Shown in pieces: positions 9,494-20,000 of a stretch of DNA of 20,000 nucleotides. The stretch covers positions 977,281-997,280 of the forward strand of contig MU004195.1 of NCBI GenBank assembly GCA_010093605.1. Direction: 5' to 3'. Numbering within the stretch: the stretch's first letter is position 1; every line of letters begins with the position of its first letter. A program made the position numbers and the translations under genes. The DNA comes from Lophium mytilinum (lineage: Eukaryota). The notes under the pieces are model-generated. The model did no database searches and was not told the DNA's origin. It saw only the letters and a list, made by a program, of their open reading frames with translations.

Positions 9494-9570
9494 AAAAGAA
9501 ACTATATATAGAGCTTCTATTAAACTTTAGCCTTTCTATTTTATACTTACTATGCGTAAGTACTACTTTC

Positions 9571-9740
9571 TAATTAGTTCTTTCTTAATTAGTCCTTTCT
9601 TAATTAGTTCTTTTTTAATTAGTCTTTCTATTAATTATATAGTCTTTCTATAATTCTCTATAACTCTTTAGTCTTTTATATAGTATTATAAACTATTAGT
9701 ATTATAAACTATAGGTATTATAACCTATAAGTACTATATA
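9571..9740. repeat. Two short tandem arrays in the Gypsy 3' UTR: 15-bp unit x4 (9571-9630) and 16-bp unit x~3.7 (9681-9740)
   Basis: TAATTAGTYYTTYYW at 9571, 9586, 9601, 9616; WRGTAYTATA units at 9681, 9697, 9713, 9729. Confidence 0.85.
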
Positions 9741-9899
9741 GGTGTAATATAAATTAGTATAGAAGTTTAAATTTATAAACCTTTATATTACCTATTACCT
9801 AGCAGTTTACTAGGTTAGCGTCTTCTAACTAGAGAAGTTAGTAATTACTTAGCTAGCTAGCGCTAGTTAGCTTTAGTAATATCTAGCTTATAGTCTACT

Positions 9900-12800
9900 T
9901 CTATAGTCTTAATATAATTATAGCTAGTAGGGGTTTCTAGTACTTAGGTTTCTTAAAAGATTTATAAGGTCTAGCGGCGTTAGGGTATTAATAATAGTAG
10001 TCTATTATAATATCGCGGTAATTAAATATGCTTTTATATAACTTCTACTTAGGTTTAGTATTTTAGTCTAGGTAACTAGTATATCTAATTTTATATTAAA
10101 GAAGTTCTTTAAGGCCTATAGCTAGATTAACTATTACTTTATTAATGCGTAAGTTAATAATATTATTAATATCCTATTACTTAAACCCTTCTTTATTAAC
10201 TTTAACTAGGCCGGGCTTATTATATATCTATTCTTTAAGTAGTTTATAAGTAACTCTATAAAGTAGCTATAGGTAGAAGATATTAAATAGTTTTTTTATA
10301 GTTTATAGTAAGGTAAGCTTATAGGTACTATTATTAATAACGCGCGTAATCTTATAGGGTTCTAGTTACTTATAGTCTAAGGACTTATTTAGGCGCTAGG
10401 TCTTAATATTCTATATATTAAGTATAACTTTATCTTCTATTTTAAGCTTAGGCGCGGGTTTATATTTAAGATTTATATAGTAAGCTTAGCGAGCTTATAC
10501 CTATATAAGTTTATTATAAAGAAATAGTTATAAATAGTTAATATATTTAGCAAGTATGTTAGCTTTCTCTTATAAGAACTTCTAGGGCCCTTTTAGTTTA
10601 ACACTATTATTAGTAGGCTTAAGTCCTAAATATAGATTATAGCCTTTAGTTACTATAAATAGTAACACGCCTATTATTATCTTATTATAATTAGCTTTAA
10701 ACTTAGCTATAGGTAGGAGGTCTATCTAATTATTCTATTTATAATTAATATAGGCTTATAAGTATTATTTTAAAGCTATATTTATAATTTTAGTCTAGCT
10801 ATCTATTTCTAGGTAAAATAATAAGGATAACTTAGGTAAGGTGCTAATATAGGTATAGAGGCATTTCTAGAAGTATAATATAAACTATACGCCTTAATTA
10901 GATATAATAGTATATAGATAGCCTTTCTTACGCTAGACCTATTTAATAAATACTTAGATAACTAGCTTAACTTCCGTAGAATTAAGCGGGATAAACTTTC
11001 TCTTCTTAGATAGTTAATTAACTATAACTATAATATACTTATATTTCCTACCCTATTATTTATAAATAGGCAGCAGTCTAATAAAGTTAACTAAGATGTT
11101 ATACTAGTAGTAATGCAGAATTAGTAGTAGGTAAAGAAGGCCTTACTTACCTTCTCTAGAGTACTTTAAGTAGTAATAGGTTATATAAGCGCCTATATAC
11201 TAATTAATATTAGAGGTTATAAGAGGCTAGTAATAGTAGTTACTTAACCTAGCGTATATAGAGGTAGTTTCTATATAACTAGCTAGTTTAGGTTTATATA
11301 TAGAATAGATAATTATAGTATATAATTTTAGTATAGCTAGAATATAGAGCTTCTTATAAATATAGAGAAAATTATTAATAATATTATAATTACTAAGCTT
11401 AATTTATAGGTAATAGTTATAATAGAATTAAGCTAGTAGTTATTACTTATTACGGCGCTTAGCGTATTTAACTACTTATATAATAGAATTAGCTTAAGAA
11501 GCTTTCTTAACTTAGTATAGAATTTAATTACTTATTAGAACTAGCTTTAATGCGTTATATAGCTTAGTATTAGAAGCTTATCTATTATTAGTAGAAGAAT
11601 TCTTTATCTTATCTCTTACTATAGAGGTAGTTCTAGAATTCTTTATCTTATCTAGAGGCTTTAGTTATAATCTTATTTATCGCGTGCATATAATAGTAAG
11701 CCGTAGCTTATTATTAGGTTAGTTAAACTTACTAAGGTTATATATTATAGAGGCTAGGTCTATAATAGTATATTCTAGGGCGTTATCTATAAAAATGTAG
11801 GCTAGTTTAATAGTATAGTGCATATTAGGCTTATAGTTAGTAGGCTTAAGTATAACTTATTCTTAATATTTATAACGGGCGTCGCCTTCTAATAGTTTAT
11901 TACTAGAACGTCTAGTAAGAAGGTCTAGTTTATTATTAAGTTTACTAGGTTTATATATAATTTTAAAGTTAAATTTAGCTAAGAATTTAGCCTATTATAC
12001 TTAATAGCGGTTAAGACGCTTTATTATTATAAATATCTAAAGGTTCTTATAGTTAGAGATTACATTAATAGGGCTACTATATTTCTAGCCTTAGCTAGTA
12101 AGTTCCGGGCGCTAGTCTTTAAACGCTAGAACTATAGCAAGAAGTTCTTTATTATAGATAGCGTAGTTAATTTATTATAGAGTTATCCTTTATAATATAA
12201 AAGTAATAGGTTATAAGATGCTATCTAGTTATATTTATAATAGTATAGCGGCGATAGTATAGTCTAAGAAGTTATATTCTATCTATATTTTATAATCTAG
12301 ATTCTATAGAGCTAGCTAAGAAGCGTTTCTAAAGTATTCTTTAATGCGTATAAATGTATATACTTTATCTCTATTATCTTTCTAAAGGAATTTAAATAAT
12401 TTCTTAGCGGATAATATAAGTATAGAGAGAGGTACTGTAAACTTAGAGTATCTAGTAATAAAGTAATAGTAGAAGTTATAGAAACCTAGAAAGGCTTAAA
12501 TATTCTTAAGATTTCTTAAAGTAGGCTAATTAAGTACTATTTAAACTTTATAAGGGTCTATATAAACACCGTTAACTCCTATAATAACTTCTAAGTATTT
12601 AACTTCTTAAATAGTAAATTCTAACTTATAGATATTAAGAAAGAGTCCTATATCTTTTAATCTAGTAACTATAGAAATAATATACTTCTTATATTTATCT
12701 AGACTATTACTAAAGATAAGAATATTATCTATATAGGCTATATAGTAGCGGTCTAGATCTTTATATAGTGTATTATTAATATATACTTAAAATAAGCTTA

Positions 12801-14271
12801 AGGCGTTATATAAGCTAAATAGAAGAACTATAAACTTAAATAGACCCTATTATATTAGAAAAGCTATTTTATACTTATCTTCTTTCTTAATATATAGGGC
12901 GTTAAATACGCTAATAATATCTAGCTTAGTATAGTATTTAGCTTTAGCTAGTAGTATAAGCGTGTTCTTAATAAGAGGTAGTATATTATAGCTCTTAATT
13001 ATAATATTATTTAGTTCTCTATAGTCTATATAGATATAAAGACCGCCTCTAGGTTTCTTAATAATAAGTATTAGAGTAGTAAAGAAGAATAAGCTTAGTT
13101 AAATAAAGCCTTTAAAGTGTATTTTATTAATAAAAGCTTTTATAATAGTAGCCTAGTCTCTAGAGAGGCTATAGACTTTCTATATAGATAGCTTACTACT
13201 AGGCTAAAGGTTAATTACGTAATCTATATCTTAGTAAGGGGGTAATATATTAGCTACTTAGGGGTTCTAGGTATTATAAAGATAGTAAAGCTAATTAAAA
13301 AGAAGTTATTTAATTTCTTTATTAGTAATGGAAGGTCTATTTATCTTATTAAAGAACTTTCTATAGTTAGCTAGGTTAATTATAAATAGGTTAGATATAA
13401 ACGCGGCTTATTTTTTAGCTAAGGTATTATTAAGCTTAGTAAGCCTATAAAGGGTAGAATTATTAGCTATAGTATAAATAGTCTTATTCTTATAGATATT
13501 AAGCTTTTTAAAGTCTTTATTCTATAGTTAAATAATAGTATTTTCTTTACCTTTATAGGTAAGCTTCTAATATTTAGTAAGAAAGTTATTAGCTTTATTT
13601 AGGTTAAAGCTAAGTTTATAATAATAGTTAATAATTTTATATAGGGCGCTATTATATAGCTTCTTTTCTTTATAGGTAATATCTTAGTTGCGGCTATTAC
13701 TCTAGATCTATTAGTAGCTATCTATATATAGATAGTTACTTATATAGTAGTTAGAGTTAAAATCTAATATATGCTCTCCCTATATAGAACGGGGCTTATA
13801 GCGCTTAAACTAGGGTATACTAAGAATAATATTATAGCTCTAAAGGTTAGTAATATAGTACTATAGATATTTAATATAGGCTCTAAGTAATAGCGTAATT
13901 TAGGCTTTATATATAACTATTAGCGTAGAGCGGCTATTAGTAAGCTATAGTAGTATTAGTTTAGTAATTATAATAGTTATAAGCTTATAGACCTTTATAA
14001 ATATTTATAATATAAAGGTAAGGTATAAGTAACTAGTATTAGTTAGATATTTACTATTAATAGCGCTTATAGTAGTATAGATTTAATACTTAAAGTTAAG
14101 CTACTTACCTTATATAACTTTCTTAGAGAAATTAAGTGTATAAGTAGAGAGCCGGAGTTTATCTAGCTTAAAAGGTAGTTACTCTAGCTTATAAATATAG
14201 GTAACTAGTGTATTTAGATAAATCTCTACTAAACTTTAACCGTAACTATAGTTAGAGCCTAGGGAAAATCC
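9900..14271 (-). pseudogene. Gypsy pol (protease, RT, RNase H, integrase, chromodomain); 3' end approximate
   Basis: De-RIPed motifs, with sampled ones in one frame: DTG (14040-14032); DIILG.PW; KKPGGGLR.CVDYRELN (~13060-13010); PFGL.NAP (12822); Y(M/I)DD (12735-12724); NYAIYDKELLAIV (~12170-12130); HHCC and YYWP (~11300-11180); IVSDRG.QF; FHPETDGQTE (~10820-10790); GPY (~10360); chromodomain 10182-9967. Confidence 0.93.
14229..14271 (-). promoter_or_regulatory. Gag-pol -1 ribosomal frameshift cassette: G_GAT_TTT plus a 15-bp hairpin
   Basis: Heptamer at 14271-14265 is in the gag frame, and pol is in the -1 frame. Stem arms 14262-14248 and 14243-14229 with an AGTT loop. Confidence 0.75.
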
Positions 14272-16724
14272 TTACTATTAGATAAGTCTTAATTATTATA
14301 AGTAGCGTTATTATTACTACTATTATAGTTAATAGTAGCTAGAGTATTACTAAGCTTAATATTAGATATAGAATTATCTATATAGTAGATTATAGAGAGC
14401 TTTAGATCTAGTTCTTTCTAGAAATAGGCAAGATGTTATTAGACTATCTCTTTAAAAGGAGGGGCGTTCTTTATATAAAAATAGTTGCGGTTTAATATAT
14501 AATATTCTATCTTAAGGTAGTTATAGTAGATATCTTAAGTTTATTTACTTAATACTTTAGTTACTATAGAAGGGAGATAAATGCGGCGTATATTACTATT
14601 ATAGTTATAGTAGTATAAGCTATTATCTATAATAGGGCGTAATAAATATATCTTTAGGTTATAGTTAAAGTCCTATTAAAAGCTATAATTAGACTTATTA
14701 GTAAATAGCTTATTAGTATATTTTAAGCTATTACTATTATTCTAGAAGGGGCCGTTAGAATATTACTACTTGCGGGCGCGTTCGCGCTTACTAGTAAGAT
14801 AGAAGACTGCGCAGTTAATAGTAGTAATAAGTTCTAGCTAGTTTATATAGTTATTAGCGGCTCTAAAGACCTAACTTCTAAGTTTAGAGATAATAAGATG
14901 CTTAAGCTATTCTTTCTATTTAATAAAGTTTATATCCTTATTAGAGTCTATAGATACTATTTTCTAGAACTAGAGAAGAAAGATAGTCTATTTTTTATTA
15001 TATTTTATATATACCTGCTAGCTATAAAGCTTATTATTTATAGCTATAGCTTTATTATTAATTATAAAGTATAGATCTATTACTTTAAATATTTCTTTAA
15101 TTATTTTAAAGTTATTACTTATAGAGCGGTTCTATTAAGTATAGCTATATATAACGCTCTTAGTGTATCTAATATAGTATAATTTAATATACTTAAGCTT
15201 AGCTTACTTATTATAGAAGTCTTAAGGTTTATTCTAGAAGATAGTATAGGCGTAAGCTTTCTATAATTTATACTTAGATATATTATTACGTTCTTTAAAC
15301 TTCTAAAGGTTGCGGAACTTAGTATAGAGCTAGTAGAGGCTAGTAGCAAGTTAGGCGTTTAGATTATATAAGAAGTCGGGTTAAGTAAAGTAATTATAGT
15401 TAGAAGAGTTATTATCGCCTTTATTAAAGATATAGCTATAGTTACCTTAGTTAGTAGTATTATCTTATTAAGAGCGCGCTTTAGGCTATTATTATATAGC
15501 TTACTAGTACTTCTTCTTATACTCTATACCTTAGGCGCGGAAGATATTACGCTACTATTAGTATTAATTATAGTAAAAGGTAACTTTTACTACTTTAGTA
15601 GTAAGGCCTTTAATCTTAATATAAAGCTTAGTATTAAAAATAGTCTAAGTATTAGTCTTCTTACGCTTATCTTCTAGCTGCTTAGTAAGACTATTGCGTT
15701 TATTAGTAAAGTTCTTAGCGTTAGTATATATTTTAGCTACTTAGCGGCGGAGCTTACTAGCTTAGTCTTTAAGGTTATAGATTATAATACTATTCTACGC
15801 GCCTTATTATTCTTAAAGCTATATAATTTTATTATCTTTCTATTAAATAGCTGCCGCTATATTTCTAATATCTTTATGCAACTTATCTAGTTCCTTATAG
15901 TAGTTAAGTAGTGTAGCGTAAATACTAATATATTTATCTTAAGCTACATTATAGAGCTCTTCTACGTTATTAATAGTAATATTAATAGACTAGCCGTCTC
16001 TAGTATAGTTAATAGTAAAGACTATACTATTATTATTATTATCTATAAGAAGGGACTATTAATAATTAGGCTTATAACCGCTAGTTCTAGTAGAGCTAGC
16101 GCCTGTGTTAGCTATATTAGGCTAGCCTTAAGAGAGTAGATTAGAGTAGGTATTTAGAATTATAATAGTATTAGTAGTAGAAGTAATAATCTAGTCTTCT
16201 AAGGTAATTAGTATTTAAGAGAAGACTAAGGTTATTAGGTTAATAAGGGGTTTAGTAAATTAAACGGCTTAAGGTATAGATATCTTAGTAAATAACTTAA
16301 AAACTTCTTTGCCTTTAGCTTTAACTTTACTTTTATCCTTATTTGCGTAGGCGTTATTATTAGTATTCTACTTAGTAGAGTTAGCTAGGTTATAATAGAC
16401 TTAGCTCTATAGTAGGTTAGTGCTAAATTAATTTAATAGAAGGTAAATATCTAGTTCTAGATTACTAAATTTCTTAGTATGTATAGTAAGAGCTTCTAGG
16501 GTTATAGTTAGTTAGTATTATAATACTCCTCCGCCGCCTATTTTATAGGCGGCTTTCTTTTCTTAGTAATTAAGCTTATGCGCCTTCTAAGAGTTAGATA
16601 TAAGAGTAGATTAAGTAGCTTATAAATTAGAAGGGAGGGTAGAAGTATAAGTAAGAATAACTAAATACTTATTAGCTTTACCGCCGGAAGGTAAACCTAT
16701 AGACTGCGCGCTTAGTATAGCTAT
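14259..16724 (-). pseudogene. Gypsy gag, RIPed; start and stop approximate, possibly ~820 codons
   Basis: Capsid-like DPQKFEG....EY.SW near 15310-15260 and knuckle CYNCLKTGH......C at 14528-14481. The same frame reads plausibly near 16500-16724. Confidence 0.7.
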
Positions 16725-16942
16725 ACTATATAGAGTTAGAGTTTTTCTACTATAGCTTAGTATAGCTAGTCTTAGGAGTATTATTTATATCTTTACTAGT
16801 AAGTATTTATTAACTATCTAATAAGAAAGGTTAGTATAAGGTAGAGGGTATAGATTCTCTATAAAAGCTTAGAAGTAGGCGTACTTTCTAGAGTAGCTAG
16901 TACTATACTTAGCGGCTACCTTTAATTAGTAAATAAAAATAG

Positions 16943-17119
16943 AATAACTATATATAGACTAGTTAGTTATATATAATAGTAGTAAGTAGGTATATAGGGC
17001 CTGCGCGCTAGCCTATTACTAATAGAGTATATATAGTTCTTACTCTATTAGTAGAAAATAACTACGCTTATATTAGTTAGTTGCGCGTAATAGTAAGTAG
17101 GTATATAGAGCCTGCGCGC
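16943..17119. repeat. Direct repeat in the Gypsy 5' leader (about 65 bp alignable, ~111-bp spacing)
   Basis: TAGTAAGTAGGTATATAGRGCCTGCGCGC at 16980-17008 and 17091-17119. Similarity extends leftward from 16943 and 17057. Confidence 0.85.
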
Positions 17120-17311
17120 CTCTAATTAGCGGGGTATATAAAGTCCTTACTATAAGATTATAGGGCCTTTTTTTAAGCCTCCCTTATATTAATATAGAGG
17201 GTGTTAGGTTTATATATTAAAATTTTAGCCTATTAAATTAGCTAGGTATATATATAGGTAGGTAGATAGATAGAAAAAAGTACTTCTAGAAACTTCTAGA
17301 AGCTAGAAGGG

Positions 17312-17322
17312 TAGCTACTTTA
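17312..17322 (-). other. Self-priming type PBS, TAAAGTAGCTA
   Basis: Abuts the 5' LTR and is the exact reverse complement of the minus-strand LTR sequence at 17387-17377. Confidence 0.8.
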
Positions 17323-17542
17323 TATTATAGTATAATAGTAAATTATAAGAGAAGACCTAATATTAGTATATATAGATAAAGTAGCTATAAGAGAGAGAGA
17401 AGGGCGCGGAGCGCCGGCTAAAAGGTAGGCAAGGCTAGCGCTAAGCCTAGTTATATAATAGTAATTATATACTAGAGGGTATATAACGCTATTATATATA
17501 TTAGAAATATATTATAATAGAAGTCGCGTTATAGCTATAATA
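17323..17542 (-). repeat. Gypsy 5' LTR (220 bp)
   Basis: Direct repeat of 9261-9480, followed by the AGAAT TSD. Confidence 0.96.
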
Positions 17543-17547
17543 AGAAT

Positions 17548-17771
17548 AATATATTCTTTTTACTATAAATAATACTATAAGATATATATAGATAGATCTT
17601 ATAGTCTTCTCTAATTAACTTAGTATACTTTTTCTAGTTTACTATAAGAATATTTCTACAACTTATAATATTATAATTTATTAGCTATAATTTAGTAATA
17701 AGTTTAATATTTATAAGATCTCTATATAGGCTATATAAAAAATATAATATAATTAAATTTATAGTACCTTA
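17548..17771 (+). pseudogene. Copia integrase core, resumed after the Gypsy insertion
   Basis: In frame with 7256-9260 once the Gypsy and one TSD copy are removed: YILFT.DDATRY.W, then R.L..F..EF. A one-base frameshift near 17740-17750 precedes IE.TVP. Confidence 0.85.
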
Positions 17772-17884
17772 GAAATATAATCTAAAAAGAGCCTTTAGAG
17801 GCTACTTAAGGCCCTATAAATATTTATATGTAGTATTAGAGCTCTATAAGCTATACTAGCAGTATTATAGTAGAATTATATATT

Positions 17885-19618
17885 ATAACCCCTATTATAT
17901 AGTATTATTAATAATAATAATAATAATAATAATACTACTAATAATACTAATAATAACCCTAAAACTAAACCTACTAACTAAAGACTAAGTAGAATATCTA
18001 CGCTAATATCTAAGCGCTTATTAAAGAAGCCTATAGTATATAGAACTCTCTATAGAATAAGTCTATATTCTCTAACTTTAAGATAAATAATACCCTTAAG
18101 TACCTCTAGAACTTTACCGGGCGTATACTAGCTAGCCTCTTAGGTACTATAGAGGACCTATAATAAATACTATAGAGAAAAATAATAAAGATAATAGAGA
18201 AAATATAGAAGGGTGTATAGGCGCTATCTATATAAGAAATAACCTATATAGTAGTAGCGGCAGTAGAAAGAAATAGTAAAACTATAGAAAATAAAAAGTA
18301 TATAATATAGACTACCTATAAAATTACTATATATATTAAGAATAAAAAGAAACGCATTATAATAAATAAGAACTTAAATGCAACTATTATCTATAAGCTC
18401 TAAGTAGTAGAAGAGCCTAATATAATAAAGATCTATAGTATTAAAAAGCTCTAGAGTAGAGATATAAAGGCCTATATACTAGACGTAACTACTAAGAAAG
18501 CCCTATTAAAGAAGAAGGAATAGATAAAGATTCTAGGTAAAATAGTATAAATCTAACTACCTAAGGTCCTTTTAAAGGTATATAGAGTACCTAAAGAGAT
18601 AGACCTAAAAAACCTAATACTATAAAGTAGTATTATATAAAATAATAAGATACTATATCTAGGCCTAGCTATATATAAGATTATATAGAAGCACCTAAAT
18701 TAAATCTAGGCTATTAGAAATAACCCTAAATAGCGCGCCTTATTAGCTATAGTTACTATAAGTATAGAGGTAATAGTAAATAAAATTATAGATAGTAGGC
18801 TAGTATAAAATAGATATATACTAGAGGCTATAAAGTATAAGATAGGCTTTATAACTACCTAATACTTCTAATACTAGGGCTATAGGTATATTACTAGATA
18901 CTATAAAAAGAAGGTAGTATATATAGTATATATAGAAGCTTATAATATAAAATAATATATAGAGAAGAGTATTAGAAAGTATACTAACTATAAGAGAAGC
19001 TATCTATTATATAGTATAGCGTGCACTATAAGAAAGAATACTTAACTAAAAGCTAATATAAAAAGGTAGGTAGTGCTAACCTACTATAGGGCTAATAATA
19101 GCCCTAATAATAATACTAATAGTATACTAGATATAGTAATATTCTAATCTATAATAGAATTATAAGCTCTTAATATAGTAAGTAGAAAGAGAAAGGCTAC
19201 TAAGAATAGTAATATACTAGATAGTAGCACTTTAAGAAGAGTAGAACGCCCCTCTATATCTACTATATTTACCGCGTATAAGAACCTAAAATAACTAAAG
19301 ATAAATAGAGTACTATAGTCTATCTATACTATATAGACTACCTAATTAATATATACTTTCTATTTAATATAGTAGCCTAACTATAATAACCTATAGCCTT
19401 ACTATAATAGCCTATAGCCTTTCTATAAAACTCTATAGTCTATCTATAAAATACTATACTACTTTTAGATAATAATCTATAGTAATAATACTAGACTATT
19501 ATAATTTAATATAACTTAGATACTATCTACCTAAAAAGAAGAGGTAGTAAGCTATTAGCTCTATACTAAGGCTAGCCGGGCTATAATAAATAACTCTAAA
19601 GACTCTATAGATATCTAA
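17885..19618 (+). pseudogene. LINE ORF1 (gag-like nucleic-acid-binding protein)
   Basis: One frame: MAP..HH-poly(Q/H), TYAAVAA (18242), L.SGDI, VHGVP (18578) and knuckles Cx2Cx4Hx4C, Cx2Cx3Hx4C, Cx2Cx3Hx6C (18863-19024). Confidence 0.85.
19381..19450 (+). repeat. 21-bp tandem repeat x~3.4 (7-codon unit) in the ORF1 C-terminal region
   Basis: CTATAA....CTATAG units start at 19381, 19402, 19423 and 19441-19450 (partial). Confidence 0.7.
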
Positions 19619-20000
19619 TATTAGAGTAACCTAATATACTTACTATTATATAGTATAATATTAATAAGAGCTAAGAAACCTAAAGGGAGTTCCTTAAAAA
19701 GATAGAGGCGGCCTAGCCTTAACTATTAGTACTAGCTATATAAGAACTATAGAAAAATACCTAAAAATATACCTTACTATATATAAAATTATACTACCTA
19801 CTATATAGAGAAAGCCTAAATACTAGAATATATATATATATTAATAAGAGCCTAAACCTAGGCTAATAGACTATAGAGTACTACTTACTAAACCTTATTA
19901 CTCTTCTTCTCTAGGCTAGGGAAGAGAATATTTAAATTTATAATATCTATAATCTAAAGCTATATAGAATTATAGCTATACTACCCCCTATACTATATAA
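19618..20000 (+). pseudogene. LINE ORF2 N-terminus (apurinic-like endonuclease)
   Basis: De-RIPed L.I.QYN.NKS (19639), LAIQEPW (to 19752), R.CIYINK and IHNIYNP. Confidence 0.88.

Larger units (their letters stand above)
9261..17542 (-). mobile_element. Full-length Ty3/Gypsy chromovirus (8282 bp), RIP-inactivated
   Basis: Paired LTRs, TSD, polypurine tract, PBS, and gag followed by PR-RT-RH-IN-chromodomain on the minus strand. Confidence 0.96.
6976..17771 (+). mobile_element. Ty1/Copia LTR retrotransposon, RIP-inactivated; split by the Gypsy element (9261-17542) and cut at about 17771 by the LINE; RT, RNase H and 3' LTR are not in the window
   Basis: LTR followed by gag, protease and then integrase motifs (Copia domain order) in one reading frame. 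Confidence 0.9.
6976..20000. other. AT-rich, RIP-mutated transposon block
   Basis: Abrupt drop in GC, near-total loss of CpA/TpG, large excess of TpA, and in-frame TAA/TAG at conserved Gln/Trp/Arg positions of retroelement proteins. Confidence 0.97.
17772..20000 (+). mobile_element. Tad-like LINE (non-LTR retrotransposon), RIPed; 5' boundary approximate; continues beyond the window
   Basis: ORF1 with three CCHC knuckles followed by an APE endonuclease ORF2. Copia integrase similarity ends at about 17771. Confidence 0.9.

Noticed and set aside
15119..15349. 76-aa minus-strand ORF in the AT block
   Set aside because: Off-frame to gag, starts at TTG, and is a chance stop-free stretch of RIPed DNA.
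17909..17956. (TAA)n as a LINE 3' tail or telomere-like repeat
   Set aside because: It lies at the 5' end of a + strand LINE, in frame with ORF1, and is best explained as RIPed CAA codons.
6976..20000. AT block as organellar DNA, horizontally acquired DNA, or an alternative genetic code with TAA/TAG reassigned
   Set aside because: Stops fall at both Gln and Trp positions, and Cys/His/Asp/Gly codons are altered in parallel, as C->T/G->A hypermutation of retroelements predicts.

Overview
Genomic DNA from a filamentous ascomycete, spanning a sharp boundary between a gene-rich, GC-balanced block (1-6975) and an AT-rich block mutated by repeat-induced point mutation, RIP (6976-20000). The gene block has three intact minus-strand genes: a 5-exon Aim9-like/APH phosphotransferase with degenerate catalytic motifs, a 3-exon secreted PL1 pectin lyase and an intronless BTB/POZ-like protein. 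It also holds the 5' stub of a probable second, divergently transcribed BTB gene that ends exactly at an LTR. Reversing RIP by eye (TA->CA/TG) resolves the AT block into three nested retroelements. A Ty1/Copia element (+; LTR 6976-7227) is split inside its integrase by a complete 8282-bp Ty3/Gypsy chromovirus (-; 220-bp LTRs, AGAAT target-site duplication, TSD), and about 225 bp further on by a Tad-like LINE (+) that runs off the window. Despite RIP, several cis-signals remain readable: a Tf1-type self-priming primer-binding site (PBS), a G_GAU_UUU -1 frameshift site with a hairpin, and a possible UAAUG stop-start junction in the LINE. I found no clearly new biological system. The best leads are the disrupted host gene, the recoverable insertion order, these cis-signals and the putative pseudokinase. 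All de-RIPed peptides are manual reconstructions.
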